A stretch of DNA of 33,439 bases. Origin: a virus (taxonomy: Duplodnaviria; Caudoviricetes). Every line of letters begins with the position of its first letter. Positions within the stretch are counted from its first letter, which is position 1. The position numbers and the translations under genes were made by a program. The stretch spans positions 1-33,439 of the IMG/VR virus record IMGVR_UViG_3300032335_000208; one strand, given 5' to 3'. Of this stretch, positions 14,639 through 25,207 are shown one piece after another. A model generated the notes under the pieces. That model was not told where the DNA came from. It saw only the letters and a list, made by a program, of their open reading frames with translations, and searched no databases.

Positions 14639-15737
14639 AGTGCTTATGTGCGGGCGAAGATTTGGCAAGTCATTGATTAGCCAGGTCATTACTTGCGTAG
14701 AGGCATTACAAGGAAAGTCAGTAGCTTACATAACTCCGACCTACAAATTAGCTAAAGTCTTTTTTGATGATATTGCTTTAATACTTCCGCCCGAAGTAGC
14801 AACTTCTAACATATCAGATTTAACTTTTAAATTGGCTACTGGTGGAGTCATTCGATTTTATACGGGCGAAAGATTAGACAATCTTCGAGGTATGCGGTTT
14901 CATTATGTGATTATCGATGAGGCTTCATATATCCCTGATTTAGAGAACGGTTGGAATAATGCTATAAGACCTACCTTAACCGATTATAAAGGCAAGGCGC
15001 TATTCCTATCGACTCCGAGAGGCAAGAATTATTTCTATTCTTTATATTTAAAAGGATTAGAAGCAAACGGAGAATGGGAATCGTTTAAATATTCGACTTA
15101 CGATAACCCTTATATTGCAAATTCCGAAGTCGATTCAATTAAAGCATCAGCTATTCCAGTAGTATTCGAACAAGAATACATGGCTAACCCAGCAGAGAAC
15201 GCTGCAAATCCATTCGGAAGTGAGGCAATTCGTAAGTGTACATCGGACTTATCTGCTAATATTGTTAAATGTTACGGAGTCGATTTGGCAAAGTATTCAG
15301 ATTGGACTGTCATTATCGGTTTAGATAATAGTGGTAATGTGGCTTACTATGACCGATTCCAAAAAGATTGGGCAAGCACTCAAAACATAATCCGCAATTT
15401 ACCAAAAGCACCAATGTTAATTGATAGTACTGGAGTAGGCGACCCAATAGTCGAACAATTACAACGGGAAGGGATGGACATAGAAGGCTTTAAATTTACA
15501 ACTACAAGCAAGCAAGAATTAATGTTAGGTCTTCAAGTGGCAATTCATCAGGAACGAGTACATTATCCCGAAGGAATGATTAAAAATGAATTAGAAGTTT
15601 TTGAATATCAATATACATCACACGGAGTAAAGTATTCAGCACCGACTGGGTTTACTGATGACTGCGTATGTGCATTAGCATTAGCGTGGCGCAAGTTTGA
15701 TTTTAAGTCAGGAACGGGCAGATACAACTTTGTTTAA
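14571..15737 (+). CDS. terL: Terminase large subunit
   Basis: Walker A GRRFGKS, Walker B VIIDEA, STPRG, nuclease motifs GVDLA, DSTGVG and DDCVCALALA. Confidence 0.95.
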   Translation: MEIILPTPHEAQKKVLQSKARFRVLMCGRRFGKSLISQVITCVEALQGKSVAYITPTYKLAKVFFDDIALILPPEVATSNISDLTFKLATGGVIRFYTGERLDNLRGMRFHYVIIDEASYIPDLENGWNNAIRPTLTDYKGKALFLSTPRGKNYFYSLYLKGLEANGEWESFKYSTYDNPYIANSEVDSIKASAIPVVFEQEYMANPAENAANPFGSEAIRKCTSDLSANIVKCYGVDLAKYSDWTVIIGLDNSGNVAYYDRFQKDWASTQNIIRNLPKAPMLIDSTGVGDPIVEQLQREGMDIEGFKFTTTSKQELMLGLQVAIHQERVHYPEGMIKNELEVFEYQYTSHGVKYSAPTGFTDDCVCALALAWRKFDFKSGTGRYNFV

Positions 15738-15740
15738 TTA

Positions 15741-15750
15741 GCTATTTATA
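15741..15750 (+). promoter_or_regulatory. Putative late promoter motif GCTATTTATA
   Basis: Recurs upstream of several late genes (11065, 22922, 25194, 32825). Confidence 0.5.
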
Positions 15751-15753
15751 AAT

Positions 15754-16401
15754 ATGAACTGGAAAGATGTCACGGTATGGCAATGGCAACAAATTCAAAA
15801 CTTGCTTGTAAAAAGGGAAGGTTTAACCGAGTTGGATATTGCAGTAAAGTCATTGGAGATTTTAACTTACCAAACGGAAGCACAAATTGATTCTCTAAGT
15901 ATTAAAGAATTAAACGAGCAGTTAAAAAAGATTACATTTATTACTGAGTCAGCACCCATACCAAAGCCAAGCGATATTATTAAGATTGGTAAAAAAAGAT
16001 ATAGGTGCGTTTATGATATTCGAAATATCCCTTATTCAAGGTATTTAGAAACTAAATTCTTTGGGGATGATATTATAAACAATTTGCATAAGATTGCAGC
16101 TTCAATGGTTATGCCTATGAAGTTGACCTGGCGAGGTTGGAAAGTAGCCAAGTATGATGCAAGCAAGCATGAGGAATATGCTGAGGACTTATTATCAGCA
16201 AGCTTTGAATCGGTTTATGGGAGTGTGGTTTTTTTTTGTCAAGTATTCAGCGAATCGATAACGAGTTTAAAGGATTATTTGAAAGAGGAGTTGATGAAGA
16301 ACGGGATGGACAAATTGGAAGCAGAGGTAACGATAATGGCTTTATGCAACGTTATGGATGGATTTACCAGGCTACCATCATTGCCGAACACGAAAGAATA
16401 A
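15754..16401 (+). CDS. Putative tail assembly chaperone
   Basis: Contains a T9 slippery run (VFF) opening an overlapping -1 frame ORF. Confidence 0.6.
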   Translation: MNWKDVTVWQWQQIQNLLVKREGLTELDIAVKSLEILTYQTEAQIDSLSIKELNEQLKKITFITESAPIPKPSDIIKIGKKRYRCVYDIRNIPYSRYLETKFFGDDIINNLHKIAASMVMPMKLTWRGWKVAKYDASKHEEYAEDLLSASFESVYGSVVFFCQVFSESITSLKDYLKEELMKNGMDKLEAEVTIMALCNVMDGFTRLPSLPNTKE

Positions 16402-16520
16402 ATTTAGCAGATGCTTTTGAATTGCCAACGATTCAAGCATTAAATGATTTAAGTTATATCAAGGCTAAGAATAGCTTTGATGCAGAGCAAATGAAAAAGA
16501 TATATGGCAAGCATTCTTAA
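16236..16520 (+). CDS. -1 frameshift extension of the tail assembly chaperone
   Basis: Open -1 frame entered at the T run 16229-16237; abuts the next gene. Confidence 0.6.
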   Translation: MSSIQRIDNEFKGLFERGVDEERDGQIGSRGNDNGFMQRYGWIYQATIIAEHERINLADAFELPTIQALNDLSYIKAKNSFDAEQMKKIYGKHS

Positions 16521-17172
16521 AGCACAAGAATCATTAGGGGAAAATTTTGATGTAGGTGGAATAGAAAGGCAAGGTGCATTTAAATTAAATGCAGTTGAAA
16601 AGGTCATGAAAGATGCTGCTGAAAAATTTATTGGATTAGCCAAACAAAGAATTAATCAAAAGAAAAAAATTGATAAAGGAAACTTAAATGATATTGACTT
16701 TTCATTTACTGAGAAATCGGGAAATAAATATTCTTTGACTATTGGATATGATAAAACAAACCCAGCATCAGAATATTATGATTTTCAAAATAAAGGAGTA
16801 AAGGGAATAAAAAGCGGTCAACCAAATTCGCCTTATAAATTTAGAACGTTAAGCGTTTCTAAAAATATGGTGGAGGCAATTCTTCAATGGTATTTAAGGC
16901 ATAAGAATTATATTAGAACAGAAGACCAACGAAAGGGATTAAGTCCGTTGCAAATAAAAAGAAAAACGATTTCCAACGTTGCTGACCCTAAAATTAAATT
17001 AAGACAATTAGCAACCAATACTGCTAAGAATATTAAGAAAAAAGGCATAGGTAGAGTAGGGTTTTTTGAAGACAATTTGGATAAAGCATTTGGACAAGAA
17101 TTTCAAGCAAAATTAGCGCAAGCATTAGGACAAGATATAGCATTAACGATTACACAAACATTTAAGAAATAA
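16504..17172 (+). CDS. Putative neck / tail completion protein
   Basis: Basic 222 aa protein, G.L..I...Y..F.NKGVKG pattern; structural context. Confidence 0.5.
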   Translation: MASILKAQESLGENFDVGGIERQGAFKLNAVEKVMKDAAEKFIGLAKQRINQKKKIDKGNLNDIDFSFTEKSGNKYSLTIGYDKTNPASEYYDFQNKGVKGIKSGQPNSPYKFRTLSVSKNMVEAILQWYLRHKNYIRTEDQRKGLSPLQIKRKTISNVADPKIKLRQLATNTAKNIKKKGIGRVGFFEDNLDKAFGQEFQAKLAQALGQDIALTITQTFKK

Positions 17173-18320
17173 TGGCAATTACAAGCGAATCAGTACCAGG
17201 TTCATACACATCGGCTCACGATAGTTTATGGCATATAGTTTCTTCAACCAATGTAGCACAATCCTCTTTTAAATATGTATTTGATATACAAGTTAGTAGC
17301 GCAACCGTTGCCACACTTAAAAATTATCCCGACTCAGGAAACTATGGTGTACTTGATGTCGCTCCCATTATCAGAAATTATCTTGGAAGCGGTTTTAACC
17401 CATCAGGAAGTTCAGTCTTACAATATGCTGGGTCATTCCTATTCGTCGACTATACTATTTTATTCGGAGAAGAATACGGAAATACAACCTATGCAAACTT
17501 AACTTCGGCAACGGCTAAGGGATGGAACTATTCTTTAAATCCATTTAGGGATTCAATTTCAACTTATACAAATAAGTTTTTAACGACAAGGGATAGGACT
17601 GCTGGCGAAGTAAAAAGTGGAGAGAAGTTTTTTATTACTTATTTTAATGCCAACTTATCAGCAGTAACGGCAACGATTCAAAAGATAAATGAGGATGGAA
17701 GTAATAGCGGAAGTTCATCAACGGGCGGAACGTTATCAAGTCTTTCATCATTGCTTTTAGATTTAAGTCCTACGGCAATAAATACTTATTTAGGAACTTC
17801 ATTTATTACCGATGCAACGTATGGTTATAAGGTAACGATTGGCTCAGATACAATGACTATTAAACAAGTATGCGCTCCAAGATTTACCCCAGTTAATTTA
17901 GTATTTCAAAATCAATTTGGAGGATATGACACTTTTGGTTTTAGGTTACTTAATCGCCAACAAAAGAATTTTAAAAGAACAACTTATCAAACTGCTGAAT
18001 ATCAAAGAAGTGGAACTTCAATGGCTTTTAAAAATAGTTCGGGAGTTCATTATGGAGGGGTGCAAGCATTAGCCACTCAAATCGATTGGAGTTACCTTGT
18101 AACAAGTGATTATGTATCGGCAGTAGATTATGCACTTGGCTCTGAATTGCTTGCTTCTAACGAGGTTTATTTACATTTAATTAATGGAGGCACGAGCAAC
18201 TATTACCCTATTGTTATGAAGGATACAAATTGGCAAGAGAAGGTTAGCACTTCGGATAAAATATTTAACTACCAATTGCAATTTGATTTAGGGCAAAAAC
18301 AATTTAGTCAATTTAGATAA
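17172..18320 (+). CDS. Tail structural protein
   Basis: S/T-rich beta protein; FQNQFGGYDTFGF motif; upstream of the large tail gene and tape measure. Confidence 0.6.
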   Translation: MAITSESVPGSYTSAHDSLWHIVSSTNVAQSSFKYVFDIQVSSATVATLKNYPDSGNYGVLDVAPIIRNYLGSGFNPSGSSVLQYAGSFLFVDYTILFGEEYGNTTYANLTSATAKGWNYSLNPFRDSISTYTNKFLTTRDRTAGEVKSGEKFFITYFNANLSAVTATIQKINEDGSNSGSSSTGGTLSSLSSLLLDLSPTAINTYLGTSFITDATYGYKVTIGSDTMTIKQVCAPRFTPVNLVFQNQFGGYDTFGFRLLNRQQKNFKRTTYQTAEYQRSGTSMAFKNSSGVHYGGVQALATQIDWSYLVTSDYVSAVDYALGSELLASNEVYLHLINGGTSNYYPIVMKDTNWQEKVSTSDKIFNYQLQFDLGQKQFSQFR

Positions 18321-20533
18321 TGATAACCGAAATAATAATTGAACAACAAAGACTCGACTTATTCGAGGATTTAGGAGCAGAACTAAACTACGCAATAGAT
18401 GACATTAAAGACTTTTCTTCGAGGAATACGAACTATTCAAAAACGATTAACATACCTGGTAACGCAAACAATAATAAAGTGTTTGGTCATATTTATAATT
18501 TTACCAGCGGTAATAATTACGGTATTAGTAACCCTGATGAACCAAATGTTGGCTATAATTTTGACCCGACCAAGCAAGCAAATTGTCAGATATTTGTCAA
18601 TAAGATACAAGTTTTTAAGGGAGTTCTTCGCCTTTTGGAGATAACCATTCAGAACGGAGTAATAGAATATCAGTGCGCAGTATTTGGGGAGTTAGGAGGA
18701 TTTGCCTCCGCAATAGGTAATAAGCTATTGAATGACGCTGATATGTTAGAGCATTTCTCGGATTATGATGAGGAATGGACTGCTGAAAATGTTGTTAATT
18801 CTTGGACTGCTTCAGGTGTAGCAAGTGGTTTAGGTATCGTTTACCCATTAATTGATTACGGTTTATGCAAGCATCCTGATACTGGCGGAGGAAAGGATTG
18901 GCATTTAAATGCTTTTAGACCAGCGTTTTTCGTTCATGAATTAATAGATAAAATAATTGATTTCTCAGGGTACACTTATACTTCTGCTTTTTTTGACACT
19001 CCTTATTTTAGGAGTTTAATCATTCCAAATAATAAAGGCAATCTTGAGCAATTGACTAAGGATTTATTGATTGTTGAATCTACAATTTGTGTTGAAAGTG
19101 GAAGTGATGTAGGTAAAACGGATTTAATTACATTTAATTTAAATCCAAATATTGTTTTATTTACTACGGCAGATTATGCTACTTATACATTTGAAGGAAC
19201 AAATGGAACTCTTGGAAAAATAAAACTTACTGGATGGCTTAATTTATCAAGTTCAGGTACATTTACCGTAAATTTAAAAAAATCAGGTACAACAATTGTA
19301 ACCGAATCATTTGCTCCAAATGTTGACAATCAAAATATTCCTATTGATTGGATTGTTGATTTTTCATTAAATGCAAATGATACTATTCAAGTTCAAGTAA
19401 TATTTTATACTGGAGTTGCATATTCAACATTATGCCCAATAGATTTTAAATTAGCATTTGAATCCGATTATGCTCAAGTTGGTTTAGCAACTGAGGGAGA
19501 TTTAATATCTATGGGGAATTGTTTGCCTAAAGGAATCCAACAAAAAGATTTCTTTGCTTCGATTTGTCGAATGTTTAATTTATATGTTTACGAAGACCCA
19601 TTATTAACCACTCATTTATTAATAGAACCATACATAGAATTTTATCGTAAAGGCGCTGGGTTTTTAAAAGTAAATGATGTTGGCGAGTTGTTATTACACG
19701 GAGAAACTGGAGATGCTACGGGTTTACTTTTGTTATCTGACCCAGTTGCTTCTTCAATTGATTGGTCAAATAAAGTCGACTATTCAAAAGAGATTTCTAT
19801 TAAACCAATGTCGGAATTAAATGCAAGGTATTACGATTACGTTTATACTGAGGATGACGATTTTTATAATGAAGCATATTTTAAAAAATACAATGAATCT
19901 TATGGCGATAGAAAAGAAGATACTGGATTTCAATTTGCTGAGGATAGAACGGAAGTAAAAGTAATATTTAGTCCAAGCGTATTGACTAAAAGCACGGAGG
20001 ATATAAAATTAAGGGCAAACTTATTTAAAGAAAGCAATGGCACTGAAGAACGTAAAGACAACAATGTTCGTATTATGTTCTTTAAAAAAATTAGTTTACC
20101 TACTCCAAACACAAATAGATATAAAATCAAAGATTACTATAATGGAACGGGAACTGCTCCAGGTGGTAATTTACTAAACGATGTTGAAAGTTACGGATAT
20201 GCTGGGCATTTAGATGACCCTGAACTTCCAACGCTTGACATTAATTTTGGAGTCCCAAATGAATTTTATTTTACTTTATTAAATCCTTACCCTACGGCTA
20301 ATTTATTTAATTCTTGGTGGGATGAATATTTAGCTGAAATAATAAACAAAGATAGTAAGCTATTAAGTTGCTATTTATATTTAACCGTACAAGATATTTA
20401 TTCACTTGACTTTGCTCAACTGATTTATATTGATGGCGCATTATGGAGGTTAAATAAAGTAGTTGATTTTAATCCAAGCATTCCCCAAACAACCAAATGT
20501 GAATTGTTAAGAGTAATTGAATTATTTTATTAA
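18320..20533 (+). CDS. Tail tip / baseplate hub-like protein
   Basis: 737 aa; YSKTINIPG..NNNKVF, YPLIDYG, WRLNKVVDFNP..TKCELL; adjacent to the tape measure gene. Confidence 0.6.
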   Translation: MITEIIIEQQRLDLFEDLGAELNYAIDDIKDFSSRNTNYSKTINIPGNANNNKVFGHIYNFTSGNNYGISNPDEPNVGYNFDPTKQANCQIFVNKIQVFKGVLRLLEITIQNGVIEYQCAVFGELGGFASAIGNKLLNDADMLEHFSDYDEEWTAENVVNSWTASGVASGLGIVYPLIDYGLCKHPDTGGGKDWHLNAFRPAFFVHELIDKIIDFSGYTYTSAFFDTPYFRSLIIPNNKGNLEQLTKDLLIVESTICVESGSDVGKTDLITFNLNPNIVLFTTADYATYTFEGTNGTLGKIKLTGWLNLSSSGTFTVNLKKSGTTIVTESFAPNVDNQNIPIDWIVDFSLNANDTIQVQVIFYTGVAYSTLCPIDFKLAFESDYAQVGLATEGDLISMGNCLPKGIQQKDFFASICRMFNLYVYEDPLLTTHLLIEPYIEFYRKGAGFLKVNDVGELLLHGETGDATGLLLLSDPVASSIDWSNKVDYSKEISIKPMSELNARYYDYVYTEDDDFYNEAYFKKYNESYGDRKEDTGFQFAEDRTEVKVIFSPSVLTKSTEDIKLRANLFKESNGTEERKDNNVRIMFFKKISLPTPNTNRYKIKDYYNGTGTAPGGNLLNDVESYGYAGHLDDPELPTLDINFGVPNEFYFTLLNPYPTANLFNSWWDEYLAEIINKDSKLLSCYLYLTVQDIYSLDFAQLIYIDGALWRLNKVVDFNPSIPQTTKCELLRVIELFY

Positions 20534-20542
20534 AATTAAGAG

Positions 20543-22297
20543 ATGGCTGAAAACGCAAAGGTTGGTATTGATTTAGTTGCAGATACACGAAGTTTAAGGT
20601 CGCAATTAAGGGAATCGGTACAAGAATTAGCAAGGTTACAAAATACTGCTGGCGCAAGTGCTAAAGAAATAGCAAACGCAGCCAAAAGAGCAGCCGAATT
20701 AAAAGACCGTATTGGAGATGCCAAAGCGACCATTGATGCGTTTAATCCTGATGCTAAATTTAAAGCATTTGGGCAATCTATTCAAGGAGTTGCGGGCGCA
20801 TTTGCTGGAGCGCAAGGTGCATTAGCTTTATTCGGAGTTGAATCTGAGAACGTTCAAAAGCAACTACTTAAGGTACAAGGTGCATTAGCATTTTCTGAAG
20901 GCTTAAATACTATCTTAGGCTCAATAGATGGATTTAAAAACTTAGCATTAGTAATTAAAACTCAGGTTTTACAAGCATTTACTACATTAAGAGGTGCATT
21001 AATTGCTTCGGGAATTGGTGCATTAGCAATCGGATTAGGTTTATTGATTGCAAACTTTGACAAAGTTAGGGATGCTGTATTAAAATTAATACCTGGATTA
21101 TCTGGATTAGGAGATACAATAGGAAAAATAGTGGATAAAGTTACCGATTTTATTGGTATCACTTCTGAATCAGATAGGGCGCTTGAATTATTTACTAAAA
21201 ATTCCAAAAGTCGTAAAGAGCAATATGAAAGAGAATTAAAAGCACTTGAATCGCAAGGTGTAGAAGAAGGAAAATTATCTAAATTAAGAAAGCAAATAGT
21301 TCAAGAAGATTTAAATGTTTTAGAAGTAAAAAAGAAAAATGGCAAAAAATTAAAAGATGAAGAAATAAAACAAGAAAAAGATTTAAAAAATGAGTTAGTT
21401 GTCATTGAGGGTAATTATAAAAAATCAGTTTTAGCTACACAAAAAAAAGGGGATGATGAGTATTTAAAAAAGCAAGCTGAACGGATTGATAAAGAATTAG
21501 CAAATGAATTATCACGAATTACAAGAATAAATGAACTTGCGGAAGCTGGCTTATCTGAAGAAGATAAAAAGATTGTCAAAATTAAGCAACAACTCGAAAC
21601 CGATTTATCGCTATTTTCTGATAATGAAAGATTAAAAGTATTTTTAACGAAAAAAGCAAATGATGAAATTGACCAAATTAAAAGAGACTCAAGTAAAGTC
21701 GAGGTTAAGGAATTAAAAGATGTTAAAAATATATTTGATGTAATACAAAATAATAAGCCTAAAGTTCTTGCATTAGTAAATAATGCAATGGATAAGTCTG
21801 TAAAAGAAAACGCTAAGTTTGAAATAGAACTTGAAAGAAGAAAACAAGATGAAAAATTAGGTATAGTAAGTAATGCACTTCGCACTGGTATGCAATTAGC
21901 TGGAGAAGGTACGGTCGCTGGAAAAGCATTAGGTATTGCAGATGCTACTATTAATACTTATGTCGGAGCATCAAGAGCATTAAAAGATTACCCAGCGCCG
22001 TTTAACTTTATTGCAGCGGCAGCGACCATTGCACAAGGTTTATTAACCGTAAATTCAATTATTAATACTCCTTTGCCAAGTATGCCTGGAGTTAGTGATA
22101 CAAGTGGAGGCGGAGGCGGAGCAAGACTATCCGCAGCGCCAGTACCTCCAAGTTTTACTCCTAATGCACCTACTTCATTAGACCAAACTTCAATCAATGC
22201 AATAGGTAATGTAAACGCAAGGGCATACGTTGTAGAGTCAGATATTACGGGAAGTCAAAAGAGAATACGGAGAATTGAAAACTCTGCAAGAATTTAA
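20543..22297 (+). CDS. Tape measure protein
   Basis: Ala/Gly-rich helices, hydrophobic segments, long charged coiled coil, C-terminal RAYVVESDIT. Confidence 0.82.
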   Translation: MAENAKVGIDLVADTRSLRSQLRESVQELARLQNTAGASAKEIANAAKRAAELKDRIGDAKATIDAFNPDAKFKAFGQSIQGVAGAFAGAQGALALFGVESENVQKQLLKVQGALAFSEGLNTILGSIDGFKNLALVIKTQVLQAFTTLRGALIASGIGALAIGLGLLIANFDKVRDAVLKLIPGLSGLGDTIGKIVDKVTDFIGITSESDRALELFTKNSKSRKEQYERELKALESQGVEEGKLSKLRKQIVQEDLNVLEVKKKNGKKLKDEEIKQEKDLKNELVVIEGNYKKSVLATQKKGDDEYLKKQAERIDKELANELSRITRINELAEAGLSEEDKKIVKIKQQLETDLSLFSDNERLKVFLTKKANDEIDQIKRDSSKVEVKELKDVKNIFDVIQNNKPKVLALVNNAMDKSVKENAKFEIELERRKQDEKLGIVSNALRTGMQLAGEGTVAGKALGIADATINTYVGASRALKDYPAPFNFIAAAATIAQGLLTVNSIINTPLPSMPGVSDTSGGGGGARLSAAPVPPSFTPNAPTSLDQTSINAIGNVNARAYVVESDITGSQKRIRRIENSARI

Positions 22298-22308
22298 AAA
22301 CAAATAAT

Positions 22309-22899
22309 ATGAAATTACCAATTTACCAACTTGAAATTAGTGAAGATTTAAACGACGATGTCGAGGTTGACTTCGTTGCTTTGGTGGATAGACCAGCAAT
22401 CGAAAGAGATTTCTTAAAGTTTAAAGAAGACAAGGCTAAATTCGTTATTCAGTCCGAAGATAGGAGAATTGTTTCAGGCGCTTTAATGTTAGCCGATACT
22501 CCTATTTATCGTAATGACCAAAATGGCGAGTATTATGTTACGTTTACTAAAGATACGATTGAAAAGATAGCACAAAAGTTCTTTAAGAAAGGTTATCAGT
22601 CAAACGTAAACTTGATGCACGATGAGGCTTTGGCAGTTGAAGGGGTAACAATGTATGAATCGTTTATCGTGGATTCTTCAAGGGGAGTAATGGCAATGAA
22701 AGGATTTGAGGATGCACCTGAAGGCTCTTGGTTTGGTAGTTTTAAAGTAGAAAACGAATCGGTTTGGAATAAGATTAAATCGGGCGAGTTTAAAGGATTT
22801 AGTGTCGAAGGTATCTTTAATTATAAGAAAGAAAAGCAACCTATGAGCGTAGAGGAATCGCTATGGTCAGAGATATGTTCGATTTTAGAACAAGTCTAA
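22309..22899 (+). CDS. Prohead protease (XkdF-like serine protease)
   Basis: VALVDRPAIE, NLMH, GSWF, IKSGEFKGFSVEG. Confidence 0.85.
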   Translation: MKLPIYQLEISEDLNDDVEVDFVALVDRPAIERDFLKFKEDKAKFVIQSEDRRIVSGALMLADTPIYRNDQNGEYYVTFTKDTIEKIAQKFFKKGYQSNVNLMHDEALAVEGVTMYESFIVDSSRGVMAMKGFEDAPEGSWFGSFKVENESVWNKIKSGEFKGFSVEGIFNYKKEKQPMSVEESLWSEICSILEQV

Positions 22900-22921
22900 A
22901 CGATAAAGTATTAATTAATCA

Positions 22922-22930
22922 GTATTTATA
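22922..22930 (+). promoter_or_regulatory. Putative late promoter motif GTATTTATA
   Basis: Intergenic, upstream of the scaffold/capsid genes. Confidence 0.45.
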
Positions 22931-22954
22931 ATCAAACAATAGTAAAAACAATTT

Positions 22955-23539
22955 ATGAACGTTTCAGAAGCAATTGAAAAAATTAAAGTTATGTTAGCGG
23001 ATAATGCCGTTCAACAAACTGAAGAAATTGCACCTGAGCCAGCGACTCAATTGGTATTCGAAACTTACGACCTAAAAGATGGTAGTAAGATTGACTTATC
23101 AGCATTAGAGATTGGCGCAGATGCTATGCTTGTTGACGATTCAGGTAACTCAGTTTCTGCTCCCGATGGAGAGTATGAACTTGCTGATGGTACTATGATG
23201 ACCGTTGTTGGCGGTAAGGTTGAAGGAATTGAAACTCCACAAGCCGAAGCACCAACTTCAGAAGAAGCTCCTATGGAAATGGAAGTGGATTCTCAATTTG
23301 ATGAAATGAATGCAACTATCACTTATTTGCAAGCCGAGAATGAGGCATTAAAAAGCAAATTAGGAGAATTAGAAAGCAAATTTAATCAAGGATTTAGTGA
23401 AATGTTAAGCGTATTGGAAGGATTTTCTAAGACTCCAGTTGCTGACCCAATCCAAAATCCAAAAAACAATTTTAGAATCGTTGAGCCTAAGGCTGACAAA
23501 ATAGAGCGATTCTTGGAAAGAGTTAAAACTTTAAATTAA
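22955..23539 (+). CDS. Capsid scaffolding protein
   Basis: Acidic; APDGEYELADG motif; coiled coil; lies between protease and capsid genes. Confidence 0.7.
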   Translation: MNVSEAIEKIKVMLADNAVQQTEEIAPEPATQLVFETYDLKDGSKIDLSALEIGADAMLVDDSGNSVSAPDGEYELADGTMMTVVGGKVEGIETPQAEAPTSEEAPMEMEVDSQFDEMNATITYLQAENEALKSKLGELESKFNQGFSEMLSVLEGFSKTPVADPIQNPKNNFRIVEPKADKIERFLERVKTLN

Positions 23540-23560
23540 AAATTTTAAAAAAGAAAAATT

Positions 23561-24523
23561 ATGGCATTTGTTGTAAGTACATTAACGGATTACGCCAAAG
23601 AAAACGAAGCTTTATTAGTAACATCTTCAGTTCTTGGCTCTAAAACTGCTACTTTGATTAAATCTCAAGGAAACGTTTTAGTTGGAGTAAAATCTTCAGA
23701 GAAAATTGGTATCATGGATACTGATGCTTTCTTTCAAGATGATAGCGATTGCGGTTTCAACGCATCAGGTACAACTACTTTCACTCAGCGTAGTGTAACG
23801 GTTGGTAAAATTAAAGTACAAGAGGCGCTTTGTCCAAAAGGATTAGAGTCTAAATATTTACAAAAAGCATTATCTGCTGGTTCTATGTATGATTCAATCG
23901 CATTCGCTGCTGATTATACTGCTAAGAAATCTGCAAGAATTGCTTCTCAATTAGAAACTGCAATTTGGCAAGGAGATACTGCTTCGGCAAATGGTAACTT
24001 GAACAAGTTTGATGGTTTTGCTAAGTTAGTTGCTGCCGCTTCTGCTTCAGTTATTCACGCAAACACTACTACTTTCTACGGAACTCCTTTGGCTGCTTCT
24101 GCTGGTATTACAAGTGGTGTTGTTGTTGCGGTTTTAGATGCAGTTTACAAAGCAATTCCAGCTTCAATAGTTGATAAGGATGACGTTGCTATTTTTGTAG
24201 GAAACGATGTATTCCGTACTTACACTATCGCATTAAAAAATTCAAATTTATTCAACTATACTTTTGATGGTCAAGCTACTGGAGAATTAACTTTGCCAGG
24301 AACTACAATCAAAGTTATCGCAGTTCAAGGTTTGAACGGAACTTCTAAGATATACGCTGGTCGTGTTTCTAACTTGTTCATCGGTACTGACTTATTGAAC
24401 GAAGAAGAGCAATTTGAATTATTGCATGACCCTTATGCAATGAACATTAAGTTCATGGCAGCGTTTAAATTCGGTGTGCAGTTTGCATTCCCTGATGAGA
24501 TGGTTGATTTCATCTTAGCTTAA
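23561..24523 (+). CDS. Major capsid protein
   Basis: 320 aa after protease/scaffold; LETAIWQGD...FDGF motif; high-expression-like codon usage; followed by a hairpin. Confidence 0.85.
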   Translation: MAFVVSTLTDYAKENEALLVTSSVLGSKTATLIKSQGNVLVGVKSSEKIGIMDTDAFFQDDSDCGFNASGTTTFTQRSVTVGKIKVQEALCPKGLESKYLQKALSAGSMYDSIAFAADYTAKKSARIASQLETAIWQGDTASANGNLNKFDGFAKLVAAASASVIHANTTTFYGTPLAASAGITSGVVVAVLDAVYKAIPASIVDKDDVAIFVGNDVFRTYTIALKNSNLFNYTFDGQATGELTLPGTTIKVIAVQGLNGTSKIYAGRVSNLFIGTDLLNEEEQFELLHDPYAMNIKFMAAFKFGVQFAFPDEMVDFILA

Positions 24524-24542
24524 TAATCTTACAAATAAGTTC

Positions 24543-24577
24543 GGGGAGTATCGCTTGGATGCGACTCCCCTAATTTT
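24543..24577 (+). terminator. Hairpin / weak terminator after the capsid gene
   Basis: GGGGAG-TA-TCGC-TTGGAT-GCGA-CTCCCC then TAATTTT. Confidence 0.6.
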
Positions 24578-24599
24578 AACACTTTAAAGAAAAATAATT

Positions 24600-25121
24600 A
24601 TGCCGTGTGCTTTAACTCAAGGATATTCTTTAGATTGTCGTGATTCATTAGGTGGGATTACAGAAGTGTATTTCATTGAAAAGGGAAATATTAGTGCTAT
24701 TACCGTTGCTTCGGGTTCGGTATCTGCATTGACTAAAGTGGCTGGTAAAAGATTCTATAAATATGAATTAGTTCCAGGTACTGCTTCTTTGACTGAAAAC
24801 ATTAATGCTAATGTGCAAAATGGTACGGTTTTCTATGCTCAAGAATTATCGATAGTATTGAACAAATTACAAGTTAATACAAGAAATGAAATTCTTTTGT
24901 TGGCTCAAAATACCTTGTTATGTGTTGTAAAAGACAATAACGATAATACATGGCTTTTAGGTCGTGTTCAAGGTATTAACTTAACGGGTGGTAACGGTGC
25001 AACTGGAACTGCTCAAGGTGACCGTTCAGGTTACACATTGACTTTCTCATCACAAGAGAAGGAATTAGCGCCAACGGTAGCATCAGGGGTATTTACTGCC
25101 TTGACTACTCCAGGCGCTTAA
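24600..25121 (+). CDS. Major tail tube protein
   Basis: CRDSLGGITEVYF, NGTVFYAQEL, TGTAQGDRSGYTLTF; followed by a strong terminator. Confidence 0.7.
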   Translation: MPCALTQGYSLDCRDSLGGITEVYFIEKGNISAITVASGSVSALTKVAGKRFYKYELVPGTASLTENINANVQNGTVFYAQELSIVLNKLQVNTRNEILLLAQNTLLCVVKDNNDNTWLLGRVQGINLTGGNGATGTAQGDRSGYTLTFSSQEKELAPTVASGVFTALTTPGA

Positions 25122-25143
25122 GATAGTCGTTTGGTTGACGGGT

Positions 25144-25173
25144 AAGGGGGGGGCAGATGCTTCCCCTTTTTTT
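25144..25173 (+). terminator. Rho-independent terminator
   Basis: AAGGGGGGGGCA-GA-TGCTTCCCCTT followed by a T run. Confidence 0.8.
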
Positions 25174-25193
25174 ATATAAGAAATTTTGGTAAT

Positions 25194-25203
25194 GCTATTT
25201 ATA
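25194..25203 (+). promoter_or_regulatory. Putative late promoter motif GCTATTTATA
   Basis: Directly after the terminator and before the portal operon. Confidence 0.5.
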
Positions 25204-25207
25204 TTTG

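Noticed and set aside
20962-22197. Minus-strand ORFs opposite the tape measure gene (and similar ones elsewhere, e.g. 4345, 13124, 14326, 32843)
   Set aside because: Antisense shadows of strong + strand genes, with biased S/F/L composition and no recognisable motifs
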